Shown here: piece by piece, positions 10,201-18,435 of the stretch
Numbering within the stretch: the first letter of the stretch is position 1
Layout of the letters: the number at the start of each line of letters is the position of its first letter
Source: Clostridiales bacterium
GTDB taxonomy: Bacteria; Bacillota; Clostridia; Oscillospirales; Oscillospiraceae
Reading direction: 5' to 3'
Assembly: GCA_021205725.1 (NCBI GenBank)
Contig: JAJPWY010000022.1
Coordinates: 438-64,437 of the forward strand
DNA length: 64,000 nt
The notes under the pieces: generated by a model
What the model was told of the DNA's origin: nothing
Database searches by the model: none
The model's input: the letters and a program-made list of their open reading frames with translations, nothing else
Position numbers and translations under genes: made by a program

Positions 10201-11112
10201 ATGACGCCGATCGTGTTCCCCGGTCTGGGGTTCGAGGTGACCATTGACCCGGTCGCCTTTACGCTGTTTGGCAAAAACATCTACTGGTACGGAATCATCA
10301 TTGCCGTGGGCTTCCTGCTGGCCCTGCTGTTCTGCTACCGGCAGGCGCCACGCCTGGGCCTGTCGGGGGACAGCCTGACCGACATGATCCTCTATGCCCT
10401 CCCCATCGGCATCATCGGGGCGAGAGCCTACTATGTCATCTTCTACATGGAGCTCTACCTGAACGCCGACGGCTCCTTCAACTGGGGCAAGGCGGTGGCA
10501 ATCTGGGACGGAGGACTGGCCATCTACGGGGGCATTATTGCGGCAGTGATTACCGCCGCCGTGTTCTGCCGGGTGAAGAAGATCCCCTTTTTCCCCATGG
10601 CGGACGCCGCCTCCTATGGCCTGCTCATTGGCCAGCTCATCGGCCGGTGGGGCAATTTCGTCAATCAGGAGGCCTACGGCGGCCCCTGCACCGCCCTCTG
10701 GCGGATGGGGCTGACGGTGAACGGGGTGTACACCGAGGTACATCCCACCTTCCTGTATGAGTCCCTGTGGAACCTGGCGGGTCTGTGCATCCTCTATTTT
10801 ATCGTCCGCCCCCGGAGAAAATTTGACGGGCAGCTCTTTTGGAGCTATATCCTCTGGTACGGTCTGGGCCGGACGTGGATCGAGGGGATGCGGACGGACA
10901 GCCTGTATCTCTTTAACACCGGCATCCGGGTGTCCCAGGCGCTGGCTCTGGTCTCCGCTCTGGCGGCGCTGACGGTGATCCTCGTCAGCCTACACCGACA
11001 AAAGACCCATCCAAAGCCCCTCTATGTGAACCGCACAGAGGAAGAAAAGCCGTCTCAGACGACTGACGAGGCGGCGGACGAATCGAAACAGAGAGAAACG
11101 AAGGAGGAGTAA
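10201..11112 (+). CDS. lgt: Phosphatidylglycerol-prolipoprotein diacylglyceryl transferase
   Basis: Polytopic membrane protein with the Lgt signature GRWGNFVNQEAYG. Acidic/lysine-rich C-terminal tail. Confidence 0.9.
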   Translation: MTPIVFPGLGFEVTIDPVAFTLFGKNIYWYGIIIAVGFLLALLFCYRQAPRLGLSGDSLTDMILYALPIGIIGARAYYVIFYMELYLNADGSFNWGKAVAIWDGGLAIYGGIIAAVITAAVFCRVKKIPFFPMADAASYGLLIGQLIGRWGNFVNQEAYGGPCTALWRMGLTVNGVYTEVHPTFLYESLWNLAGLCILYFIVRPRRKFDGQLFWSYILWYGLGRTWIEGMRTDSLYLFNTGIRVSQALALVSALAALTVILVSLHRQKTHPKPLYVNRTEEEKPSQTTDEAADESKQRETKEE

Positions 11113-11118
11113 ACGATC

Positions 11119-11970
11119 ATGGCAGCGACGATCATGGACGGAAAGGCCCTGGCGGCCAAGTGGAAGGAGAACATCAAGACTCAGGTGGCGGCCCTCAGCC
11201 AGCGGCCCGGCCTGGCGGTCATTTTGGTGGGCAACGACCCCGCCTCCCGGGTGTATGTCACCAACAAGGAAAAGGACTGTGCCCAGTGCGGCATTTACAG
11301 TGAGGAATTCGCACTTCCGGCGGAGATCGGTCAGCGGGCGCTGCTGGAGCTGATCGACGAGCTGAACCGGAGACCGGAGATCGACGGCATCCTCTGCCAG
11401 CTCCCCCTGCCCAAGGGCTATGATTACGACGAGGAGCAGGTGCTCCAGGCCATCGACCCCCGGAAGGACGTGGACGCATTCCACCCCTACAATGTGGGGC
11501 GCATTGTGATCGGCGACTATACCTTCCTGCCCTGCACCCCGGCGGGGGTGATGGCCCTGCTGGACGAGTATGGCATCGACCCGGCAGGGAAGCGCTGCGT
11601 GGTGGTGGGCCGCTCCAACATCGTGGGAAAGCCCCAGGCCATGCTCCTGCTCCACCGCCACGGCACCGTGACCATCTGCCACTCCCGGACGCCCGATTTG
11701 GGAAGCGTCACCCGGGAGGCGGACATTCTCGTCTCTGCCGTGGGAAAGCGGAACCTGATTACCGCCGACATGGTCAAGGAGGGGGCCGCCGTCTTCGACG
11801 TGGCCATGAACCGGGACGAGAACGGAAAGCTCTGTGGCGATGTGGACTTCGCTCCTGTGGCGGAGAAGGCGGCGTATATCACCCCGGTTCCCGGTGGCTG
11901 CGGCCCCATGACCAGGGTCATGCTGCTGCAGAACACCCTGGCGGCGGCAAAGACCCACGGGAAGGCGTGA
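11119..11970 (+). CDS. folD: Bifunctional methylenetetrahydrofolate dehydrogenase/methenyltetrahydrofolate cyclohydrolase
   Basis: 283 aa. Start MAATIMDGKALA, plus GRSNIVGKPQAMLL and PGGCGPMT motifs typical of FolD. Confidence 0.92.
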   Translation: MAATIMDGKALAAKWKENIKTQVAALSQRPGLAVILVGNDPASRVYVTNKEKDCAQCGIYSEEFALPAEIGQRALLELIDELNRRPEIDGILCQLPLPKGYDYDEEQVLQAIDPRKDVDAFHPYNVGRIVIGDYTFLPCTPAGVMALLDEYGIDPAGKRCVVVGRSNIVGKPQAMLLLHRHGTVTICHSRTPDLGSVTREADILVSAVGKRNLITADMVKEGAAVFDVAMNRDENGKLCGDVDFAPVAEKAAYITPVPGGCGPMTRVMLLQNTLAAAKTHGKA

Positions 11971-12000
11971 GGTACAACAGAAAAGCGGACGCAAAAAAAG

Positions 12001-12031
12001 CGGCGGCTTCCGTTTCGGAAACCGCCGTTTG
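12001..12031. terminator. Bidirectional intrinsic terminator between folD and the convergent lipoprotein gene
   Basis: CGGCGGCTTCCG-TTT-CGGAAACCGCCG hairpin (one mismatch). A-tract upstream and TTT downstream. Confidence 0.6.
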
Positions 12032-12057
12032 ATACTTGATATATGAGGTAATCCTTT

Positions 12058-13128
12058 TTACCAGGCGTTTTCCACCGTCGCTGCGGTGGCGTTGAGCGCC
12101 GTCCGCCGAAAGGCGAAAAGAATGTCCAACAGGGCGAAGGACTGGGTTCGGCTGTCCCGGGCGGTGAGCAGGGGCGTCTCAGTGATGCCGTCCAGCTCGG
12201 GATAGGCCAGAGGGTTGGAACGCCAGGAAGGAGAGAGAAGACTGTAGGCCCGGGAGGATGTGACCGACCAGCCGCTGTAGGTTGCGTTTTTTGCCATGTT
12301 TTCCGCCTGACAGAGATAGTTTAACAATTCATAAACGTCCTCGCCTTTTTCCGTGTCGGCGGCGACGGCGTAGCACAGAACGGATTGCCAGCTCCCGCTG
12401 GAGGGGATGACAAAACTCAGCTCAGGCAGCTCTGCCATCAGCTCGATGGCGGCGCTGGCCGGACAGACGGCCAGAACAGCCTCCCCGGAGCGGAACCAGC
12501 CGGTCATCTCCTCCTCGTTGCAGTAGTCCAGCACCAGGGAGGACTGCGCCTCCAGCCATAGCCCGGCGGCGGCCATATCCCCGGCAGACCGGGAGTTGAT
12601 ATCCAGCTCAAGAGCGGCCAGCCCTACTGCCGTCAGCTGCCCGGCGTCTGCGGGCATGAGCACCTGTCCGGCAAAGGCGGCATCCGCCAGATCTGCCCAT
12701 TGGGTCAACCGGAGCTCCGTGCGGGTGGGGTCGTAGATCAGACCCATGGTCGTCCAAAGACAGGGAACGGCATATGCCTCCAACCCGTCCAGCTCCAGCC
12801 ATTGGGGATCGATGACTCCCCAGGTGGAAAATCGGTCGGCGTCCAGCGCCTGGACATACCCGTTTTCTGCCAACAGAGAGATACAGTCCGCATCCGCCAG
12901 CAGCAGATCGCACTCTGCCGGAGCGATGTCGTCGCTGTCTCCGGCGACGACATATTCTACCTCGATCCCTGTCTCCCGGGTAAACGCCGACAGAACATCC
13001 GGGTCGATATAGGTTCCCTGGCTGTAGAGAACGACGGCGGAGCTGTACTCCCCGACCTCGTCTGTCAGGGCACAGGCGGAGACCATCAGGCCCGCCGCCA
13101 AAAACAAAGACAGCAGTCTTTTCAACAA
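12058..13128 (-). CDS. ABC-type extracellular solute-binding lipoprotein (PotD/polyamine-binding-like)
   Basis: Signal peptide with lipobox (LMVSAC). About 350 aa periplasmic-binding-protein-like sequence. No ABC permease or ATPase adjacent. Confidence 0.6.
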   Translation of the reverse strand: MLKRLLSLFLAAGLMVSACALTDEVGEYSSAVVLYSQGTYIDPDVLSAFTRETGIEVEYVVAGDSDDIAPAECDLLLADADCISLLAENGYVQALDADRFSTWGVIDPQWLELDGLEAYAVPCLWTTMGLIYDPTRTELRLTQWADLADAAFAGQVLMPADAGQLTAVGLAALELDINSRSAGDMAAAGLWLEAQSSLVLDYCNEEEMTGWFRSGEAVLAVCPASAAIELMAELPELSFVIPSSGSWQSVLCYAVAADTEKGEDVYELLNYLCQAENMAKNATYSGWSVTSSRAYSLLSPSWRSNPLAYPELDGITETPLLTARDSRTQSFALLDILFAFRRTALNATAATVENAW

Positions 13129-13159
13129 AAATTCCTCCAGTTTGAGGGAACGAAAACCG

Positions 13160-14140
13160 TCAGCGGAGGGCTGACAGAGAGAAATCGGGGAAATAGGCGG
13201 GAAGAAAGTCCACCGACTGCACCCGCCAGGTCTGTCCGTTGAGGTATTCCAGCACTCCGGCGTCGGTGGTAAAGCGAAAGGTCAGCGACCAGGAGCAGAG
13301 CGCCTGGGCCCGGCGGCCGTACTGCCGGTTTACCCGCTCGCTGCCGTATTTGCCGTCTCCCAGCAGGGGACAGCCTGCATCTGCCAGCTGGGCCCGGATT
13401 TGATGGGTGCGTCCGGTGAGCAGCTCACACTCCACCAGGGAAAGGCCATTTTTGACCGCCAGAGTGCGGTACTCCGTGACGGCGGTTCTCCCTCCGGGAA
13501 CCGGGCGATGGTAGACCGACACCTGTTTTTTGCGCTCATCCCGGAGCAGGATGCTCTCCAGCCGCCCGTTCCGGGGAGACAGTGTTCCCACGGCGACGCA
13601 GAGATACCGCTTTTCCAGCTCCCGGTCTTTAATCTTCTGATTCATGATCCGGAGGGCTTCGGCGGTCTTGGCGGCGATGACGATGCCGCTGGTATTTCGG
13701 TCGATCCGGTTGCAGAGGGCGGGGACGAAGGAATTTTCCTCCCGGGGCCGCCACTCCCGCTTCTGGTAGAGGTAGGCCAGAATGTGGTTGATGAGGGTGT
13801 TGGTTGTCCCCGTCTCATCGGCGTGAACCACCATTCCGGCGGGCTTGTTCACCAGCAACAAGTGTTCGTCCTCATAGAGGATGTCCAGCCTGGGGGTGGC
13901 GATGGTGAGGTAGGCGTTCTCCTCCGTGGGCGTCTCGAAAAATTCGTCATTGATATAGAGCTGGAGCAGGTCTCCGGTCTGGAGCCGGGTATCTCTGGCG
14001 GCAGCCCTGCCGTTACATTTGACCCGTTTCAGGCGGATATACTTCTGCATCAGAGGGGCAGGGAGCAGGGGAACGGTCTTACTCAGCCAGCGATCCAGCC
14101 GCTGTCCGGCGTCATTTTTGCCCACGGTAAACTCCCGCAT
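13160..14140 (-). CDS. RluA-family 23S rRNA pseudouridine synthase with N-terminal S4 domain
   Basis: S4-like N-terminus (RLDRWLSK) and RluA-family core (HRIDRNTSGIVIAAK-type motif NRIDRNTSGIV; GRTHQIRAQL). Start ATG 14140 has GGAGGG upstream and lies downstream of the predicted -10 at 14187-14192, so the ORF-track start 14188 is unlikely. Confidence 0.85.
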   Translation of the reverse strand: MREFTVGKNDAGQRLDRWLSKTVPLLPAPLMQKYIRLKRVKCNGRAAARDTRLQTGDLLQLYINDEFFETPTEENAYLTIATPRLDILYEDEHLLLVNKPAGMVVHADETGTTNTLINHILAYLYQKREWRPREENSFVPALCNRIDRNTSGIVIAAKTAEALRIMNQKIKDRELEKRYLCVAVGTLSPRNGRLESILLRDERKKQVSVYHRPVPGGRTAVTEYRTLAVKNGLSLVECELLTGRTHQIRAQLADAGCPLLGDGKYGSERVNRQYGRRAQALCSWSLTFRFTTDAGVLEYLNGQTWRVQSVDFLPAYFPDFSLSALR

Positions 14141-14186
14141 AGCCGACCCTCCTGCTCTCTGTGACCTGTGCCTGTGCTCTGCACCC

Positions 14187-14215
14187 ATTATAGCAAATCA
14201 AAACCCCTGCGCCAA
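14187..14215 (-). promoter_or_regulatory. Sigma-A type promoter for the pseudouridine synthase/lipoprotein operon
   Basis: Minus strand: TTGGCG (14215-14210), 17 nt, TATAAT (14192-14187), preceded by TGc (extended -10). Confidence 0.55.
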
Positions 14216-14365
14216 TTGATTTTTGCACAAAAGTTTCGTCAGCTCGCCCCGGTTTTTCGGGGCGGCGGGCGGACAGAGGAATCGCCCATATGCTGCGGTT
14301 CTCTCCGCAGTATATGCACGTTCCACCGCAGAATGGAAATATGCTTCGCTGACAGGAAAAAGTGC

Positions 14366-14394
14366 TTGACAGGGGGGGAGCTCTCGGTTATAAT
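14366..14394 (+). promoter_or_regulatory. Consensus sigma-A promoter for yceD-rpmF
   Basis: TTGACA (14366-14371), exactly 17 nt, TATAAT (14389-14394). Confidence 0.75.
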
Positions 14395-14423
14395 GTCACT
14401 TGTGTCGTTATGCGAGGTGTGCT

Positions 14424-14918
14424 ATGCGTCTTGAGCTGGGTGACATCATCCATGTGCCGGGTGGTGTAAAAAACTTTGACTTCTCACTGGATCTGTCCGA
14501 CCTGGATTTCTATGGGGAAAAGCCCATCTGTGAGCCGGTTCGGGTGCAGGGACGTGTGGTCAACCGGGCGGGAATGCTTCTGTTAGAGGCCACCGCCAGC
14601 AGCAACCTGCATCTGCGCTGTGACAGCTGCGGGACGCCCTTTGAACGGGTCAAGACCGTAGAGGTAGAGCGGATGCTGGCCACCGAGCTTGAGGACGAGG
14701 ATGATGATGACGACATCATCCTTCTGGACGGCTCCATCTTAGATGCCGGAGAGGTCATGACCACCGAGTTCATTCTGGAGATGGACACCAAGAATCTGTG
14801 TCGGGAGGATTGCAAGGGACTGTGTCCCGGCTGCGGCGTCAACCTGAATGTGGACGTGTGCAGATGCAAGCCCGAACCAGACCCCCGTCTCGCTGCTCTT
14901 GCAGCATTGCTGGAGTGA
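14424..14918 (+). CDS. yceD: YceD/DUF177 family ribosome-maturation protein
   Basis: About 165 aa acidic protein with a Cys pair cluster (CDSCG...CPGCG) directly upstream of rpmF, the conserved partner. ATG 14424 is preceded by GAGGTG; the ORF-track start is a TTG 8 codons upstream. Confidence 0.8.
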   Translation: MRLELGDIIHVPGGVKNFDFSLDLSDLDFYGEKPICEPVRVQGRVVNRAGMLLLEATASSNLHLRCDSCGTPFERVKTVEVERMLATELEDEDDDDDIILLDGSILDAGEVMTTEFILEMDTKNLCREDCKGLCPGCGVNLNVDVCRCKPEPDPRLAALAALLE

Positions 14919-14970
14919 GCGGGAGTTCCAAATGCGTCAATTTCCGAAAGGTAATGAGGAGGTGTCATAG

Positions 14971-15156
14971 ATGGCAGTCCCTAAGAGTAAAGTCTCCAAG
15001 GCAAGACGTGACAAGCGCCGCGCCAACTGGAAGCTGGAGGTTCCTGGCCTGATTAAGTGCGAGTGTGGTGCATACCGCCTGCCGCACCGTGTCTGCCCCG
15101 TCTGCGGCAAGTACAACGGCCGCAGCTATGCCAAGGACGAAGCCGAGGCCAAGTAA
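14971..15156 (+). CDS. rpmF: 50S ribosomal protein L32
   Basis: 61 aa. [21 protein letters not shown] with a CxxC...CxxC zinc knuckle. Confidence 0.95.
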   Translation: MAVPKSKVSKARRDKRRANWKLEVPGLIKCECGAYRLPHRVCPVCGKYNGRSYAKDEAEAK

Positions 15157-15181
15157 AAAGGGCCAATGGTCGAGAAAAGGG

Positions 15182-15212
15182 AGAGCCTGCCATAGACAGG
15201 CTCTTTACTTTT
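15182..15212 (+). terminator. Intrinsic terminator after rpmF
   Basis: AGAGCCTG-N7-CAGGCTCT followed by TTACTTTT. Confidence 0.55.
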
Positions 15213-15232
15213 GGCCTTTTGACGGATATAAT
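15204..15232 (+). promoter_or_regulatory. Possible promoter for der
   Basis: TTTACT (15204-15209), 17 nt, TATAAT (15227-15232). Weak -35. Overlaps the terminator tail. Confidence 0.35.
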
Positions 15233-15279
15233 AAATCTACTCATGGTGTCATATCGACCCAGAGAGGATGTGAATCCCA

Positions 15280-16608
15280 ATGAAACCCATCGTCGCTATC
15301 GTCGGCAGGCCCAATGTGGGCAAGTCCATGCTGTTTAACCGGCTGGCGGGAAAGCGGCTGTCCATCGTGGAGGACACCCCCGGCGTCACCCGGGATCGGC
15401 TCTATGCCGAGAGCGAGTGGCTGGGGCGGAGCTTTACCATCATCGACACTGGCGGCATTGAGCCGAATACCGACAGCGAAATACTGAAATTCATGCGTGC
15501 CCAGGCGGAGATTGCCATTGCCCACGCCGATGTCATCGTCCTGGTCTGCGACCTGCTCACCGGCGTCACCGCTGCGGATATGGACGTGGCCAGCATGCTC
15601 CAGCGCTCCGGAAAGCCAATAGTGCTGGCGGTGAACAAGGCGGACAAGCCGGGCCACACCGATCCGGACGTGTATGAGTTCTACAACCTGGGCCTGGGCG
15701 ACCCCATCCCCATCTCCGCCATTCACGGGCTGGGAATGGACGAGCTGCTGGACGCCTGCGCCGCCTATTTCCCCGAGTCGGACGAGACCGAGGAGGAGAA
15801 CGACCTGATCCGGGTAGCGGTAATCGGCAAGCCCAACGTGGGCAAGTCCTCCCTGGTCAACCGGATTTTGGGGGAGGAGCGGGTCATTGTCAGTGACATG
15901 GCCGGGACCACCCGGGACGCCGTGGACTCCTATTTTGAGAATGAGTACGGCCGTTACTGCTTCATCGACACCGCCGGGATGCGGAAAAAGGCGAAGGTGA
16001 ACGACCGGGTGGAGCAATTCTCCGTTCTCCGGGCCACCATGGCCATCGACCGGGCGGATGTGTGCCTCATCCTCATCGACGCCCAGGAGGGGGTCACCGA
16101 GCAGGACACCAAGGTGGCGGGCCTGGCCCACGAGGCGGGGAAGGCCTCCATCATTGTGGTCAACAAGTGGGACGCCGTGGAGAAGGACGACAAGACCATG
16201 GACCGGATGCGCAGCCAGGTGAAGGAGGGCTTCTCCTTTATGCCCTATGCCCCGGTGGTGTTCCTCTCTGCCCTGACCGGGCAGCGGGTGAATAGGCTCT
16301 TTGAGCGCATCAATGCTGTCCGGGAGATGTCCATGCTCCGCATCCGCACCGGCACCCTGAACAGCGTCCTGGCAGACGCCACCAACCGGGTGCAGCCCCC
16401 CACCGACAAGGGTCGGCGGCTGAAGCTCTATTATATGACCCAGGTGGGTATCCAGCCGCCCCATTTCGTCGTCTTCTGCAACGACGCCAGGCTGTTTCAT
16501 TTTTCCTACCAACGCTATCTGGAAAACCAGATCCGCGCCACCTTTGGCCTGGAGGGGACGCCCATCCGGCTGACCATCCGGCAAAAGGGAGACAAGGAGG
16601 AGTCGTAA
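15280..16608 (+). CDS. der: Ribosome biogenesis GTPase Der (EngA)
   Basis: Two tandem GTPase domains (GRPNVGKS and GKPNVGKS P-loops) plus a KH-like C-terminus. 442 aa. Confidence 0.95.
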   Translation: MKPIVAIVGRPNVGKSMLFNRLAGKRLSIVEDTPGVTRDRLYAESEWLGRSFTIIDTGGIEPNTDSEILKFMRAQAEIAIAHADVIVLVCDLLTGVTAADMDVASMLQRSGKPIVLAVNKADKPGHTDPDVYEFYNLGLGDPIPISAIHGLGMDELLDACAAYFPESDETEEENDLIRVAVIGKPNVGKSSLVNRILGEERVIVSDMAGTTRDAVDSYFENEYGRYCFIDTAGMRKKAKVNDRVEQFSVLRATMAIDRADVCLILIDAQEGVTEQDTKVAGLAHEAGKASIIVVNKWDAVEKDDKTMDRMRSQVKEGFSFMPYAPVVFLSALTGQRVNRLFERINAVREMSMLRIRTGTLNSVLADATNRVQPPTDKGRRLKLYYMTQVGIQPPHFVVFCNDARLFHFSYQRYLENQIRATFGLEGTPIRLTIRQKGDKEES

Positions 16609-16609
16609 G

Positions 16610-17266
16610 ATGACTGGACTGACGTTGACGACGGTACTCGCCGTCCTGGGCGTGGCGGCGGTATCCTATCTGCTGGGCTGCTGCAACAGCGCCATTATCA
16701 TTTCCAAATATGTCCTGAAGGACGACGTCCGGGAGCACGGCAGCGGAAACGCCGGGCTGACCAACTTTTACCGGGTCTACGGCGTGAAAAACGTGGTCTG
16801 GGTCATCCTGCTGGACGTGCTCAAGGCGGTGCTCTCCTGTCTCATCGGCGGAGGAGTACTGGGCACGCTCTGCGGCTGGGAGGTTTTGGGCAAGTATATC
16901 GCTGGGATCTTCTGCCTGCTGGGGCATATGTTCCCCTGTATGTTCGAATTCAAGGGGGGCAAGGGCATTCTCTCCGGTGGAGTGGTGGCCATTATGATCG
17001 ACTGGCGCATCGCTCTGGCGGTGTGGGGGGTGTTCCTTGTTCTGGTGGTGATCTCCCGGATGGTGTCCCTGGGCTCTGTGGGGGCCGCCATCACGTTCCC
17101 CATCTCCACCTGGTTCGTGTACCAGGACTGGCTGCTGCTGGTGCTAGCGGCGGGGATCGGGCTTCTCGTCTGCTGGCGGCATCTGGGCAATGTCCAGCGG
17201 ATCATCCGGGGAGAGGAGAGCAAGCTGGAATTTCACAAGGACAGAGAGAAGGAGGACAAGCAATGA
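16610..17266 (+). CDS. plsY: Glycerol-3-phosphate acyltransferase PlsY
   Basis: Membrane protein with the GSGNAGLTN motif. Starts 1 nt after the der stop. Confidence 0.9.
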   Translation: MTGLTLTTVLAVLGVAAVSYLLGCCNSAIIISKYVLKDDVREHGSGNAGLTNFYRVYGVKNVVWVILLDVLKAVLSCLIGGGVLGTLCGWEVLGKYIAGIFCLLGHMFPCMFEFKGGKGILSGGVVAIMIDWRIALAVWGVFLVLVVISRMVSLGSVGAAITFPISTWFVYQDWLLLVLAAGIGLLVCWRHLGNVQRIIRGEESKLEFHKDREKEDKQ

Positions 17267-18267
17267 AGGTCACAGTTTTGGGCAGCGGCGCCTGGGGCAC
17301 TGCGCTGGCTCTGGTGCTGCTAGAGAACGGCAACGACGTCACCCTCTGGTCCTACTTCCAGAAGGAATCTGATCAGCTCCGGGAGAACCGGGAGAACCCC
17401 ATGCTGAAGGGCGTCCCCATCCCGGAGGAGATGAAACTCACCGCCGATATTGCCTGTGCCGCCGACAGCGACGTGGTGCTGCTGGCCACCCCCTCCTTTG
17501 CCGTTCGCTCCACCGCACGGCAGCTCGCCCCGCTGGTGAAGCCGGGCACCATCCTGGTCAGCGTAGGCAAGGGCATCGAGAAGGATACCTCCCTCCGCCT
17601 GAGCCAGATCATCGCCCAGGAGGTGGGGGACAAGTGCCCCATCGTGGTGCTCTGCGGCCCCACCCACGCCGAGGAGGTGGGCCGGAGGATTCCCAGCGCC
17701 ATCGTCGCCGCCAGTGAGAGCCGCACAGCCGCTCACACAGTCCAGGAGCTGTTCATGAACGAGCGGTTCCGGGTTTACGCCTCCTGCGACGTGGTGGGGG
17801 CGGAGATCGGCGCAGCGCTGAAAAACGTCATCGCCATCTGCGCCGGGGCCATCGACGGTATGGGCTTCGGGGTCAACACCAAGGCCATGCTCATGACCCG
17901 GGGCCTGACCGAGATTGCTAGGCTGGGGGTGGCTCTGGGCGCCAGACAGTCCACCTTTGCCGGACTGACCGGCGTGGGCGACCTGATCGTCACCTGCACC
18001 TCTATGAACTCCCGGAACTACCGGGCGGGCCTGCTCCTGGGACAGGGCAAGACCATTCAACAGGCCATGGACGAGATGGGCGGCGCCGTGGTGGAGGGCT
18101 ACTATGCCGCCGCCTCCGCCCATGAGCTGGCCCAAAAGACCGGGGTGGAAATGCCCATCACAGAGGCCGCCTATGAGGTCATGTATGAGAACCGGGAGAT
18201 TCAGGACGTGTTCCGCAGCCTGATGACCCGACAGAAAAAGGACGAGACCGAGGACACCTGGCTTTGA
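17263..18267 (+). CDS. gpsA: NAD(P)H-dependent glycerol-3-phosphate dehydrogenase
   Basis: MKVTVLGSGAWGTALA Rossmann start. ATGA overlap with the plsY stop. The ORF-track 17023 start is an out-of-context upstream extension. Confidence 0.92.
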   Translation: MKVTVLGSGAWGTALALVLLENGNDVTLWSYFQKESDQLRENRENPMLKGVPIPEEMKLTADIACAADSDVVLLATPSFAVRSTARQLAPLVKPGTILVSVGKGIEKDTSLRLSQIIAQEVGDKCPIVVLCGPTHAEEVGRRIPSAIVAASESRTAAHTVQELFMNERFRVYASCDVVGAEIGAALKNVIAICAGAIDGMGFGVNTKAMLMTRGLTEIARLGVALGARQSTFAGLTGVGDLIVTCTSMNSRNYRAGLLLGQGKTIQQAMDEMGGAVVEGYYAAASAHELAQKTGVEMPITEAAYEVMYENREIQDVFRSLMTRQKKDETEDTWL

Positions 18268-18303
18268 GCCGGGAGCGCCGACCGCCTTGTCGCCGAATAC
18301 CCA

Positions 18304-18349
18304 ACCGACCCCGCCGGGAAACCCTTCTCCGGCGGGGTCGGTTTACTTT
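18304..18349 (+). terminator. Intrinsic terminator after gpsA
   Basis: 14-bp GC-rich stem ACCGACCCCGCCGG / CCGGCGGGGTCGGT followed by TTTACTTT. Confidence 0.7.
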
Positions 18350-18359
18350 ACGAAAGGAA

Positions 18360-18388
18360 TTGACAGAATGGGAGAAAAGGGGTAAAAT
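18360..18388 (+). promoter_or_regulatory. Sigma-A type promoter for the LRR surface-protein gene
   Basis: TTGACA (18360-18365), 17 nt, TAAAAT (18383-18388). Confidence 0.6.
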
Positions 18389-18435
18389 AAACATACAGGT
18401 ATTTACCTGAATATATCGGAAAGGAAAGAGGTACT

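Noticed and set aside
8651-18135. Long antisense or off-frame ORFs over the M16, lgt/folD, der and gpsA genes (8651-10036, 10168-10743, 10990-11994, 13400-14164, 15241-16584, 17320-18135).
   Set aside because: Each overlaps a gene with unambiguous family motifs on the other strand or frame. Their composition is Gly/His/Arg/Pro-biased and no RBS is present.
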